NCBI RefSeq assembly: GCF_006345805.1
Contig: NC_042997.1
Coordinates: forward strand, 49,538,001-49,602,000
Source: Octopus sinensis
Taxonomy: Eukaryota
Reading direction: 5' to 3'
Length of the DNA stretch: 64,000 nt
Position 1 is the first letter of the stretch; each line of letters begins with the position of its first letter. A program made the translations under genes and the position numbers. The notes under the pieces were generated by a model. The model did no database searches. It was not told where the DNA came from and saw only the letters and a program-made list of their open reading frames with translations. Of this stretch, positions 37,467 through 51,183 are shown in pieces.

Positions 37467-40308
37467 ATTGCTTTAAAGAGTAACTGGTAAGTCAATAGAC
37501 AATATGTTAATAAATGATCACTGTCAATATAAATAAGATATATTATTATTAAAGACTGTCTTGTGTCTACCACTTTCATACAGTTTGGGATCTTATCAAA
37601 CACAACGGCGTAATGTTTTCGCTAAGTGTAGTTATTATTCGTATCTCGATAAATTCTTAGCAAAATGGATGTGTGGATTTGATATTGGCACCGAATAGCG
37701 TCTTACATAGGCGCAATCGGTTTCCGTTTTATCTTTATAAATTGTATTACTATATATTTACTGTGGCTTTTTTATCAGAAGTAATTAGCACTGCTAGCTC
37801 GGTCCGTCAAGAGTACCTCCTGTTATCACTTCCCTATGGTGACACTGAGACAAGATGACAAGCAGGCTCTTGGCTAGTGTTAGAAATAGGAAAAGAAGAG
37901 ATAATCTTTGAGATGTCAGATGCTTATAATGCTTTGGTGGTGTATTAAGTTACTAGATTGGAACACTGCTCTTTTGGAAGGGTTGAGTTCCTTTCATTAG
38001 AAAGTTTTACTGTTGCTATCGTTCGCTCTAGTGGGGACCCTAAGGTGGCGTAACTGATTAGATGTTGGTTATGCGCGGATATCAGACAAAGTTTCAGGAC
38101 GTGATGCGGTCTGGTCATCATTTGTCATTCATACTTTCTCGGAGCTCACCTGCTTAACTGAACAAATGTAAAGTGACTGTTTCCATACACACACAACACT
38201 ATACCAACTGAATAACTGAATAATGCAGCGGTGAATCGTCCATGATTACATTTCAGAAAGGATCACCCAACAGTAGACCTTCTTTGCAGTTGATTGGCCT
38301 GCTATAAATAGTAGCCACCCTACGATCGCAAAAAGAAAGGATAATTTGGTGAATGTAAACTTTAAATAAAGTTTCTGAATAAAATGCAGGATAGTTGGGA
38401 GTATTTGATCATTTAACCCCAGATCAAAGTTGATCTGGGGCTAAGTAACAATAGCAACACAGATGATCAATGGAGGGCATGAACGAAGATATTCTGTGAA
38501 TCAACAGCGTATCAACTGTGTTGATGTTGCATTTCAATAACTTTCGAAAGGGCACACTGGCTGGTTAGCGATCTGGGTAACACTTGTTGGGATGGAGCTT
38601 TGTGGTCTTGAAATATGTGGAGAGTTTACCCAGTTTTTAGAATCTATGGCCTCAGTAGTTGATGATATTTGCTCTCTCTACCCTTATGTTCCGCTTCAAG
38701 GGATTGTTAAAGAGGTAGATAAAGATTTAGTCCTGAGGTGGTGCCATCTCCTCCGTCATTTCAATCTCATCCATTATACTAATTCTTTCATCACCATAAC
38801 ATACTTTAATTTTACGATGCGATTTTGTGGATGGAATATCGCAAGACCCCGTACTCTAAGAAAATTATTTATAAACTGTAATATACTACCTATTCATATA
38901 TCTCTTCCATTATAGGTTGTTCATAAATCATACCACACCCATATAGTAAGTACTTATACAACAAAATAAAATGAAAAAATCTCGCAAGCTGATAAACCAC
39001 TTTGATATGCAAGGGGTACCATATTCTGGTGCAGATAACTCAAACGCATGTACTTCCTACCCCTAACTATAACCACCCTGAACAAGGAGACAGATTAACA
39101 CACCAAATCATTGCTACAATAACGTTTTAAGAGCACTGTCTCACCCTGTCATACATATGAAAGAAAAGAGAAGAAAGAAAACACAGAGCCATCAATAGCT
39201 TAATTTTCCTCAGCTGCTATGATGTATTGCACAATACAAATAAGTGCAAAGGAACAACAACCGACATGTACGTTATCCATTTAGTCTACCAACATACTGT
39301 TTCCATTATGACAACCAATAGGTATATAGAAATAAATTAACCAATGAAGAAAATACATTTCTAGATTGCAACCCTGCTTATACGATTATCCACAGCATGA
39401 CATACTGTGCAGAGTAGTCCTTAACAAAGTGGGGAATGCTATACCTAAGATAAAGGATCTATGGATTGCACTTCGTTGGTTCCACCGAAAAATTACATAC
39501 CCGATGGGGGCTGACTTGCACCTAGACGATCTCACTTTTGAAGGTGTCAATTGATTAAAGCTTAACGATAAATAAATGCAATTGGCTTTGTACTGAAATA
39601 AACAGCTTTTGCGGTTGTTGATGTTTTAGCAGTGATCATCTTTTTATCTCTTTTTGTTTTACAAACTTAAATTCTTTATCTTCCACTTCTTACTGAATCT
39701 CCCTGTATCTTCCACTTCTTCTCAGTTCCTCTTACCGAATCTTCCCGTATCTTTCCCCTCTCCCATTTACCTTCACCTTCTTTATTTCCCCATTGTCTCG
39801 TGTCTTATACTTCTGTTCCAACTCCTAGCCTTATCTTGAGCCCACATCGCTCCAGATACGTCGCCTATGCTGAATATTTGTATTTGTAACATCTGGTCTT
39901 GAAGTTGGGAAGCAATGCAGTAGATCTGACAGAAAACCATTACAATCTTGTTTTCTTTTGCCTCATGTGGTTCTAATACACACACACATATAGATAAATC
40001 GGCGGACGCCAACATACACACAGACACACACATACGCACATACGCACAAACATTCGCGCACACACGCACATATTGTCAGAATATCTGTCTGTGTGTGGCT
40101 TTGTGGGGCGTGCTAGTACGCAGTGGTGTGTGTGTGTGTGTGTGTGTGTTAGCTTCATATGGAAACATCTACAGTCATGTTAGACTGTCATATTGTTTTG
40201 TTTCCCGTCATTTTTACAAAATATATGTTCAGAAGTTTGGTGTACGAAATTTGTAAAACAATTAAGTCTTGTCTTCGTTGGAGGCCTTTCTTTAAAGAGT
40301 GAAGCTAG

Positions 40309-40358
<50 letters not shown>

Positions 40359-40722
40359 AGGAAGACAGGGTGAATGAGAGAGCATGTTTCTAAATTGGAT
40401 ATGTGTGTGTATGTTTGTATGTGCATTTGTGCATCTGTGTATGTGTGTATCTGTGTATGTGTTCATGTGCATTTATGTGTATGAGTGTGTGTATGTATGT
40501 GTGCATGTATGTATGTGCATTTGTGTGTGTGTATGTCCATTTGTGTGTGTGTATGTGTGTGTGTGTGTGTTTGTATGTGTGTGTGCGTGTGTTTCTGTGT
40601 GTGCATATGCAAATGTATGTGAGCATTTGAAAAGATAGAGAAAGGGCGGTGAATGAGAATGAAAATAGAGAAGGCAGAGATATAGAATTATATACGTAGA
40701 AGAAATAGAAGGACAAATAGGA

Positions 40723-40753
<31 letters not shown>

Positions 40754-41456
40754 AAGAGAGAAAGAGAGAAAGAAAGAATGAAAGAAAGGGAGAAAAAGGA
40801 AAATTGAGATAGTTATCAATGTTCTTATCGCATAAATGTATTTCCTTTTTTCTAAAATATATTCTTATTTTATTTGTACGTCTCTCACTCTCTCTCTCTC
40901 TCTCTCCATCTCTCTCTCCCCCTCTCTCTTTCTCTCTTTCATTCTCACTCTTTTGCTTTATGCATTAAGTTTCTGTTCCACTTCGTTACGTCATCTTTTT
41001 TTCTCTCTTCCATTTTCTCTCTTTGTTTTTACATGTGAGTAATAAGAATTAGTTAGAAATGATAATGATTTTTGTTAGCAGTCGGTCAAGTCGTGTTCAA
41101 GAGAAAAGAATACAACTGAATGAACCTATCTTAGAATCTTGAAGTTGTTCTCTTAGTCATCCAGTCACCTGAGACGAATGAACAAAGAAGCTTTTACTAG
41201 TCTCTGAAGTGGTTTTCCTCGTTGAATCATGATGCAAAATATAGCACCATATCTCTGTCCCTACTAAAATTGAAGTAAAATAAAACGATGTCTAATTTAT
41301 TTAAAATTTACTCCACATTTACCACTACCGCTTTCCTAATAGTGCTAAATCTTAGAGACACTCTATTCAAAATTATGAGTGGCTAGACGCAGATAAGATG
41401 CAAATCAAACGCTGATAAAACTAACATTCCATGGGCAAGCATGTCTAAGATGCTTG

Positions 41457-42144
41457 GGATCTTTACCTTTTGACCGACAGATTTTAAAAATATTTTTTTC
41501 TAACTAAACACCTTCAAACTTCGGACACTGGTAGAATGTGTCATATAAAAAATCTTTTACTCTTAGTGTATCTGAGAAAAGTTTATATTTAGGAAGTAAT
41601 TTCACGTTAAAGTTCTCGTATTCCGGTAATTTCAACCAATCAATAACGTGTATTCAGCTGAATAAAATTACTGCCGTTGTTTGTCAACAACTTCCGGCGG
41701 TGTATTTTTCGTTTGTCACATTTATTTATGACAACACTAACCCTAAAACCCTAACCCTAACCCTAAAACCTTAACCCTAACCCTAACTCTAAAACCCTAA
41801 CCCTAATCCTAAAACCCTAACCCTAACCCTAAAACCTTAAAGTTAAAACCAGTACAAACACATGAATGATGTCATAAATTACAGTGACAAACAAAAAATA
41901 CACCGCCGATAGGCCGATAGTTGTTGTTGGCAAACAACGCCAGTTATTTTATTCAGCTGAATACACATCAGTGATTGGTTGAAATTACCGAAATACTACA
42001 ACTTTAACGTGAAATAACTTCCTAAATATAAGCTTTTCTCAAAAAAACTCTGAGTAAAAGATGTTTTATATGACACATTCTAACAGCGTCCGAAATTTGA
42101 AAGTGTTTAGTTACAAATAATTATTTTTTAAAAGGTAAAGATCC
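41457..42144. mobile_element. Foldback MITE with long TIRs and a telomeric-repeat core (possibly Merlin-like)
   Basis: Ends GGATCTTTACCTTTT / AAAAGGTAAAGATCC; imperfect inverted arms of ~270 bp; 8-bp TSD GATGCTTG / GATGTTTG. Confidence 0.85.
41737..41840 (-). repeat. Interstitial (TTAGGG)n-like array inside the MITE
   Basis: CCCTAA/CCCTAAAA units with ~20-bp higher-order period. Confidence 0.9.
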
Positions 42145-42289
42145 GATGTTTGTCCTAAGAGTTCTTTTATGTTGTAAAATTATTTTAAACCTGGCTGACT
42201 GCAGCAGTATGTAAGGTGTGTATCTTTAAATTGTGTCTGTATGTTTTAATGGTGGTCACTGTGTGTTACAAATACAAAAGCGAGTGAGC

Positions 42290-42452
42290 CGATTACAACC
42301 ACGCCAGTGTTCAACTGTTACTTATTGCATTGACCTCGTGAGTATGAAAGGTAAATTCGACCTCAGCATAATTTGAACTCATGACGTAAAGATGGACGAA
42401 ATGTCGCTAATTATTTTGCCCAGTGTGCTAACAATTCTGGCTGCTCACCGCC
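42290..42452 (-). mobile_element. Degenerate SINE family B
   Basis: ATGAAAGGTAAATTCGACCTCAGC...TTTGAACTC. Confidence 0.65.
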
Positions 42453-42492
42453 TGAAAACAAATAACTATCAATATATATTTCTTTATTGCCC

Positions 42493-43365
42493 CAAACTGG
42501 TCGCTCCTCGCGGTAGTATAGAGGATCTTCGTCGATGCCTCCACCAAATTTGGAAGTGGTCTAACGATTGGGACCTGTGTCTGAACGTGTCAAAGTGCTG
42601 TCATCTGCCTGTCGGCTCTACTCCTGCAACTCAACTTGATTTCGAGCCGGGTCGTCTGCTGCTGGAGAGGACCGATCAGGTAAAGGACCTGGGTATCTTG
42701 GTGGATTCCTCCTTTTCGCCTTCGGCCCAGTGCGTCCATGCTGCCAACAAAGTGCGCGGAATTCTGTTTTTGATTCGACGGTCATTCGGAATGCTCACAG
42801 CAGCCATATTCCTACCACTCTATGTCACGCTGGTGAGACCCATATTGGAGTATGGGATTCAAGCCTCTTCTCCTTATCTCTTCAAAGACATAGAGCATCT
42901 CGAAAGAGTCCAGAGGCTGGCTACCCTCATGGTTCATGGTCTCAAAAATTTGTCCTACGAAGAAAGGCTGAGGACGCTCGACCTTTATTCTCTTGAAAAA
43001 CGTCGTCGCCGTGGTGATCTCATTCTCGCCCACAACATCATAAGCGGGAAGTGTAACCTCTCGAAAGAGCTGTTCTTCACTCCTGCTCCGGAGCGTCGGC
43101 TGCGGGGTCATTCCGAAAAGCTCTACCTGCGACGATTTCATCTCAATCGAAGGAGAGGAGCTTTCTCCGTCCGGGTTGCGGATCCGTGGAACAAGCTGCC
43201 AGACGAGATGGTGAAGATGCCGACGACCGCTTTGTTCAAAGCCTCCCTGGACCTCAAGTGGCCTGAACTCTTTACATGAACACCACCCTGTACTTAACTC
43301 CATGTCCCCCTACATGAACTTGCTATTTGCTTTTGAGCCAAATTAACTAACTAACTAACTAACTA
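42493..43365 (+). mobile_element. Young 5'-truncated CR1-group LINE (RT C-terminus, 3' UTR, (CTAA)n tail)
   Basis: Uninterrupted ORF to 43279: KDLGILVD, YVTLVRPILEYG, LERVQRLAT, YEERL..LDLYSLEKRRRRGDLI, FSVRV..PWNKLP; GC-rich; AACT tandem tail. Confidence 0.93.
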
Positions 43366-43499
43366 ACAAGGGGCTAAACATAGAGGGGACAAACAAGGAC
43401 AGACAAAGGGATTAAGTCGATTACATCGACCCCAGTGCGAAACTGGTACTTTATTTATCGACCCCGAAAGGATGAAAGGCAAAGTCGACCTCGGCGGAA
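43366..43499 (-). mobile_element. SINE family B interrupted by the CR1 (remainder at ~42478-42492)
   Basis: Consensus TTCTTTATTGCCC|ACAAGGGGCTAAACA is split across the CR1. Confidence 0.85.
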
Positions 43500-44418
43500 A
43501 TAATTATTAATATAGCTTAGCTTCTTAGTTTATGACAGTTCATCAAAGGTGATGACATCGTTGATCCAAGACATTCATCTCTCTCCGTCTCCATTACATT
43601 GTTTCTCATGAGAGCGGACATGGTTGCCAAGATCAATACGAAACAGGTAGATCCTGTGGCACTAATGGCACTTAAATTAATAATGTATTCACAAATATAA
43701 CATCAAAGAGTCATCGTAGAACACACACACACACACAGACGCGCGCGTGCAAAACCCCCCACAAACTTACGTTCCCTTTTTTCATAGTATTGCATTGTTT
43801 TTTAGCCCCAGTACTCAAGCTATCGTTGATTAAGTAGACCCATGATCAAAGACATCCCAACCTTGCCTACTCGTTTTTCTAGTAGTGTCTAGATTTATCA
43901 GGTGCGTCTTCTCTGTGTATAGGACAGTAGAGTATTACTTGAAGGAGATTTAGTTGCTATTTTTAGAAGGTCCACCGTGTAACTCCTACAGTGTCAACAT
44001 ACACTCTCAGGCCAAGTCACTAGCATAACAGATGTAAGTGCGAAACATTAAGGTAGCTTCAATCAACGATATCCCGATAGGATCAAAAGATCCTATAAAG
44101 CGTACACATAACTTGAATAACACATAACGCTTAACTGCTCATAAATAACGCAAACGTAAGAACCACTAGATTTCCTGAAAATACCTTACAGCTGTAATGA
44201 ACTCTTACGGTTGTTATACATATATATACCGCATCATCAAAATTACATAAAAAAAAGAATTACTGGGTTTCCTCTCGGTTCCTTTTTCACCGCCAAAATA
44301 CACTCTAACCAACCTTGAAAATATGCTTGGTCGATCAAATGCACAAGACGTAAAATCGTTTCTATTCAGAATACTGCTCCAATATACGGGGCGGAATTCC
44401 AATTACTCCACTCACACA

Positions 44419-44452
<34 letters not shown>

Positions 44453-44847
44453 GCTCTCTCTATTTCTCACTCTCTCTTTCCCTCTCTCTCTCTCTCCCCT
44501 CTCTCTCTTTATGTAATAGACAAATAACACACAATATCTATTCATCTACCGAAGAGTTATTTTCTTTTCCTGTGCTTTCTAGTGATAGGCGTGATCTTCA
44601 GGCAACTTAGATACCTCGCGCCAAGCTGATATTGCCTGTGTGAATAAACACCATGGAAACCACCTTCAATGGGGGATGTGACAAGCTCAGTTTCTTTCAA
44701 AAGTACAAAGACACAGTAACAACGCATAACAAAGAATTTCTATGGTCCTTGCTGTATTTCATTTTCTTTATCCTCGACAACCTACATTTAAAATCATCAA
44801 CTTGTCGCAGATCTTCAGTTTCATATTTCCTGGTGGTCTCGCATATT

Positions 44848-44939
<92 letters not shown>

Positions 44940-44942
44940 CCT

Positions 44943-44984
<42 letters not shown>

Positions 44985-45007
44985 ATCTATCTATCTATCT
45001 ATCTATC

Positions 45008-45076
<69 letters not shown>
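44848..45076. repeat. (ATCT)n tetranucleotide array
   Basis: Direct sequence. Confidence 0.95.
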
Positions 45077-45077
<1 letters not shown>

Positions 45078-45129
45078 TCTATACATACACACATTATATA
45101 ATATAATACACACACACACACACATATAT

Positions 45130-45295
45130 AGGGGGAGAATTCACGAAAAAACAACAAAAGACGAAGAACAGGTGGTGTAGAAAACAAACATGTATTAGCT
45201 TAAAGCTCGGGAACTTAAAAAGTCTTTAACGTTTCGAGCTTACGCTCTTCCGCAGAAAGAAACAAGGAGAGAAAAAAAATGTGTAGTGGCTTGTT
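45130..45295 (-). mobile_element. Penelope-like pLTR relic with minimal hammerhead variant (45223-45260)
   Basis: TCTTT-CTGCGGA-A-GAGC(GTAA)GCTC-GAAACGT-T-AAAGA; homologue at 59870-60010. Confidence 0.6.
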
Positions 45296-46081
45296 CGTTC
45301 GCCTGTTATACATTGTGTAGTTAGAGAGGTGGAGGTGGAGTAAGGGTGAGAGAGGTAGAGAGAGAAGTGAAGAAAGAAGAAAAGAGAAGTAGAGAAAGGT
45401 GATTAATATTAATACACCTGGGCCAAATGCGTCGCGTGGTCAGCTGAAGGTAGAGGCGAAGAACGATAGAAAATGACAACGAGAGAAAAGGAGGGAGAGA
45501 GAAGTGCTAACAACGTGCGGTAGGGTGGGGGAAGGAATATTTATTATGTAGTTAAAACAGCTGAAGAGAAAGGTAGTTAGAGAGAGATGGATAGGAGAGG
45601 TAATTATATTAGAGAGAGAGAGAGAGAGAGGCAGACAGACAGAGACAAAGACAGAAAGAGAGAGAGGTAGATAGCGGTGGTGGTGGCATGTTGATAGTGA
45701 AAAGTTTTTTTTACTAAACTAATTTTTTTTATAGCGACCATCGTCTGCTCGCTTAAAAAACTGATATTTGTTTATAAGGGTTAATGTAGCCTAAGCTTTG
45801 GATTCACAAGAAACACAGCTACAAATAGCCCGAGAAAAGGATGCACAAATATAGAGTACGAATGAGAGAGGAACAGAGAGAATTAAAAGCGGGGGAAAAA
45901 GACAACAACAACGGACACGTGAGGAAACGAATGTAGACGAACATCAAGAATATTTAAAGAAAGCTAAACTATGAATGCTATAAAAATGCAAATCATCCTT
46001 TCTTTTTTAAATAGGTTCTTTTCATTTTTTCCTTTCCGTGGAATTTTTACGGGTCCAATTAGTGTATATATAATCATGTGT

Positions 46082-46119
<38 letters not shown>

Positions 46120-46122
46120 GCG

Positions 46123-47621
46123 CAGGGTGTCCATGAAGCCATTTTACAATTTCAAAAATGTATTACAAATGCAACTGAGGAGATATGCATATCAGATTTG
46201 TTCTATGTATTGTGGTTATCAACATTTTTAACCACAATGCATTTGTGTTTTTCAGGTACCCTCTTGATGGAAAAGGCTCTCTTAAATGAAACCCTTAAAA
46301 TTGGTTACTCCCCAAGAAAAGACTATGTGTATAATGGTTTACTGAAATATAATCAGGCACGCAGACCTAAGATTAAGTATCACTGTCACATCCATCAATT
46401 CGTGCTTGGCACAAGAAATTTATAGAAACTGGAACAGTGTTGGACAAAGGGAGGAGAGGACGACCAAAATTATCCGAGGAAAACATCGATCGTATATGAC
46501 AGGAATTTGCTAGTTCTACAAAGACGGTGCAGAAAATCCTACACAAGAACTTGCGATTGAACGCTTACGAAGTGCAACTCTTACAGGCACTCGAACCAAA
46601 TGATAAACCAAGACGAAAAGAGCTTGCAGTTAACATGCTGGAACGAATTTCTGATGCAGCGTTCCTCACAAGAGTTTGTTTTAGTGATGAGGCAACCTTT
46701 CATGTTTCAGGGAAACTGAACACACATAGGAGGATCTGGGGATCAAAACAACCCCTCGTGACTAGGGAACTTCACTGAAATAGTCCAAAGGTAAATGTCT
46801 GGTGTGGGATGATGTACAACCGAATCCCTGGTTCATTTTCTTTACAGAGTGATAATTTTCTTATTTCTTTATTGCCCACAAGGGGTTAAACATAGAGGGG
46901 ACAAACAAGGACAGACAAAGGGATTAAGTTGATTACATCGACTCCAGTGTGTAACTGGTACTTAATTTATCGACCCCGAAAGGATGAAAGTCGACGTCGG
47001 CGGAATTTGAACTCAGAACGTAAAGACAGACGAAATACCGCTATGCATTTCGCCCGGCGAGCTAACGTTTCTGCCAGCTCGCCGCGTGCTCAGAGTGATT
47101 ATTTTCTGCAAAAGTTTACCTTGATCGTTTGACTGAATTTGTGGCAATACAATTGGATGACTATCAACCAATCATTATTTTCCAGTAGGCTGGTGCACCA
47201 CCATATTGGGGACTGTATGTTCGTGGGTTCCTAAATGAAACATTTCCAGACATGGTGATTTAGAAGGGATGGCCTCATTCCCTGGCCACCTCGTTCCTCG
47301 GATATCACTACCCTGGACTTTTTTCGATGGAGTTATATTAAAGAAATCGTCTATTGAACAAAGATACGGGACATCAACATCCTGAAGCAAAGGATCACTG
47401 ATGCCATTGCCGCCATTGTTAAGGTTATGTTACAGTGAACATGGCAAGAAATTGATTACCGGTTTGATGTGCTTGGTGTAACTAATGGTGCTCATATATT
47501 AAAGGAGGCAAAAAAAATGCAATATCTACTCCTTATTTTGCAATAATTTCCACAGATATATCTATTTATTTCCTATTATAATAAATTCTTAAATTTGTAA
47601 AAAGACTTTATGGACACCCTA
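46123..47621 (+). mobile_element. Degenerate full-length Tc1/mariner-superfamily transposon (maT/DD37D-like)
   Basis: TIRs CAGGGTGTCCATGAAG / CTTTATGGACACCCT; FSDEATFHVSG, SPKVNVWCG, FQ*AGAPP, WPPRSSDITTLDFFRW. Confidence 0.88.
46860..47088 (-). mobile_element. SINE family B nested in the transposase
   Basis: TSD CAGAGTGATAATTTTCT / CAGAGTGATTATTTTCT. Confidence 0.88.
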
Positions 47622-47659
47622 TATATATATATATATATATGGTGGTTGTCTACTCACTA

Positions 47660-48430
47660 CTCTTCATCTCCTCCTGGTTTCCAGCTTAACTCCTCTCTCT
47701 TGCTCCATAGCCAACAAGAGGCTCTTTCAGTTGCCTCTTCCATCCTGCGCACAGCCACCCTTCGCCCCTTACCTCTCATTCCAATGGCTGTAAGCACCGT
47801 CGATGTCAACTGAGCAGGGACTCCTCTACAACCAACCTCGACTGGGAAGACCCATATCTGCTATCCCTTCTCCCTGCAATCCTGCAGAAGGCTCTCATAT
47901 CTGGCACGCTTCCGTTCATGGGCCTCGTCACCCCCTTCCCACGGAACTAGAAGTTCAATTACAACAATTTTCTTGGCTTTTTCAGACCACAGGTCCACAT
48001 TTGGACTCGGGGTTGTATGGACGACCTGGGAAAACTGCAATCTCTCCCCTAGGTTTACTTTCATATCCCATTGTTGAGATTCTTGCAACAAGCTATGTAT
48101 TGTCTTTGTTGATTTTACTGGCCACTCCCCATTTTCTTGAACATATTTTCTGCTGTCGCCTTCTCCTGGTGATGATGTTTCTTTGTTTCTTTCCAACTCC
48201 AGTGTATGAGCAAGTATTGCAAACACTCTATCATGGCGCCATTTATATCTACCTTGAGAAAGTGCTATTCTGCACCCTGCTAAGATGTGTGCCAGAGTGT
48301 CCCTTTCTCCATAAAGTCGACACAGCTGGTCTTTCATCAAACCCCATCTGGGCAGGACTGTTGGTGTTGTAAGTATGTCATACACCGCCTGCAGAAGGAA
48401 GGAAATGCGAAAAGGTTCCAGTCTCCAATA
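47660..48430 (-). mobile_element. Hero-clade RLE non-LTR retrotransposon 3' fragment
   Basis: WG....CRL.....TLAHILAGCRIALSQGRYKWRHDRV...WSEKAKKIVVIELLVPWE...AHERKRARY. Confidence 0.88.
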
Positions 48431-48557
48431 TATACATATACTGCACCCTGAATATTCTTACACATACACTCATACATATGTCCATGTGCTCACAAGTATG
48501 AATATAATTGTGTATACCTGCACAAACGTAAATCTGGGAATAATATATATATAAATA

Positions 48558-48782
48558 TTTCCTTACTACCCACAAGGGGCTAAACACAGAGGGGACAAAC
48601 AAGGACAGACAAACGGATTAAGTCGATTATATCGACCCCAGTGTGTAACTGGTACTTGTTTAATCGACCCCGAAAGGATGAAAGGCAAAGTCGACCTCGG
48701 CAGAATTTGAACTCAGAACGTAACGGCAGACGAAATACGGCTACGCATTTCACCCAGCGTGCTAACGTTTCTGCCAGCTCGC

Positions 48783-48784
<2 letters not shown>
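48558..48784 (-). mobile_element. SINE family B
   Basis: Family B homology. Confidence 0.88.
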
Positions 48785-48861
<77 letters not shown>

Positions 48862-48885
48862 ATATATATATAATAATATATATAT

Positions 48886-48928
<43 letters not shown>

Positions 48929-48947
48929 ATATATATATATTATATAG

Positions 48948-49068
<121 letters not shown>

Positions 49069-49448
49069 TATTATATATATATATATATATATACATGCAC
49101 AAAAGTATAATCTGTGAATAATATATAAATATTTAAAACAGTTTTCGTAATATTTCGTGTTACGCTAAGACGCGGTGCACGTTACCAGAATTTTGGATTC
49201 GAGCCAATCGTTGTGAGAGTATCCGCATAAGTAGAGCCTGGATCAGCAAATTTGTACAGACATGGAGCCGCATAGTTTGTAATAATGAAGTCAAGCCAAA
49301 TATTTCAAAACACTTTAAAATGCTTTACCTGAGAAAGGTTTACGTAATGGAAGCATTTTCTATTATATATTATGCACACCTGAAACACACGTATTAAATG
49401 ATTTCAAAATATCATTATTTGGTTTGACTTTCTTATTACGACTTATAT

Positions 49449-49480
<32 letters not shown>

Positions 49481-49541
49481 GTATACACACACACAAGCAC
49501 ACACATATATAGATAGAGAGATGCATACATATATGTGTGTG

Positions 49542-49579
<38 letters not shown>

Positions 49580-50324
49580 GCATGTATATAAGGAATAATT
49601 TGGAGGATATTATTTTAAAGGAATTTTAAGAATAACAACTAATTAATTCACTGTTGTACAGACTAAATTAATTATAAATGTGTGTTCTATCAGAATCTGT
49701 GTGTGTGTGTGTGTGTGTGTAAATCGTAAATGCTTGGTGATGTCTGGAATATAGATTAACTTCTAATGTCACCCTCTTTAAACTGGAGGACAAACATTCA
49801 CGCGTGTGTACAAACATTCGCAATTCTGTTATCCTCTTTCCCATACGGTAGAACTGTTATGTTCCATGACAGTACTAACAGGTATAATTATATTCAAAAT
49901 ATTATGTTCGAATCTAGCAGGAGTTTGAGGGTAAATGTCAAAATTATATAAACTTACAGGAGTGCGTATGTGTGTATGTATGTACGTATGAATGTATGTA
50001 TGGATATATATATATATATTTGCATGTATATATATATATAGTATATATATTATATATATATATATATATAGATATATATACATACATATGTGTGAATGTA
50101 GATGTATGTATAGTGTATATAGTTATAAATATATACATATATATATCTATAAATATATTCATTATAGTTAGATAGATAGATAGATAATTGTATATGTATG
50201 AATTTACATATCAGTGTATTCTACTGAATTAATATATATTAATATTTAGGATAACTGGTTTTCCTATTTATCTGTTTTATATTTAGATTTCAGGATGTGA
50301 TACTATAAATATCAATATTACGAT

Positions 50325-50424
50325 NNNNNNNNNNNNNNNNNNNNNNNNNNNNNNNNNNNNNNNNNNNNNNNNNNNNNNNNNNNNNNNNNNNNNNNNNNNN
50401 NNNNNNNNNNNNNNNNNNNNNNNN
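50325..50424. other. Assembly gap (100 N)
   Basis: Run of N. Confidence 1.
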
Positions 50425-50670
50425 TGTCAAGCGATGTTGGGGGACAAACACAGACACACAAGCATATACACCATACACATACATACATAAATATATATAC
50501 ACGTATATGACAGGCTTCTTTCAGTTTCCGTCTACCAAATCCACTCACAAGGCTTTGGCCGGCCCGAGGCTATAGTAGAAGACACATGCCCAAGGTGCCA
50601 CGCAGTGGGGCTGAACCCGAAACCATGTGGTTGGTAAGCAAGCTACTTATCACACAGCCACTCCTGCTCC
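50425..50670 (-). mobile_element. SINE family A truncated by the gap
   Basis: Family A homology. Confidence 0.85.
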
Positions 50671-50939
50671 TATATATGTATAAACTTAGGGAATAGAGTA
50701 GATAAAATCCAGGCTACATATGTTTCATAGCTAGCCGAACCTCGAAAGTAGTAATTATACAAATGAGGGATAATACGCTGGTTACTTATCAGGCCAAAGA
50801 TATCTGAATCAAAAGAAGTTAACATCGTCGTCAGGGGATCATTGGCCAATGAGTAAATAGCGAATTGTCCTTCGTTAGGATGATTACTACTTCTGAGGAT
50901 CTTCTAGCTGTGAAACATATGTAACCTGCATTTTATTTA

Positions 50940-51183
50940 CTCCGCGTGGCTTAGTGGTTAGGGTGTCAGCACCATGATCGTAAGATTGTGGTTTCGATTC
51001 CTGGACCGGGCGACGCGTTGTGTTCTTGAGCAAAACGCTTCATTTCACGTTGCTCCAGTCCACTCAACTAGCAAAAATGAGTAACGCTGTGATGGACTGG
51101 CGTCCCGTCCAGCTGGGGAGCACATACGCCATAGAAACCGGGAAACCGGGCCCATGAGCCTGGCTAGGCTTTAAAAGGGCGCA
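50940..51183 (+). mobile_element. SINE family C-related (tRNA-like head)
   Basis: GTGGCTTAGTGGTTAGG...GGTTTCGATTCC; 3' end CCCATGAGCCTGGCTAGGC shared with family C. Confidence 0.78.

Noticed and set aside
38500-39560. Non-repetitive stretch with 107-aa and 62-aa ORFs
   Set aside because: No recognisable domains or splice pattern; probably an old decayed TE
41737-41840. True telomere or chromosome-fusion scar
   Set aside because: Short, single orientation, and centred inside a TIR/TSD-bounded element
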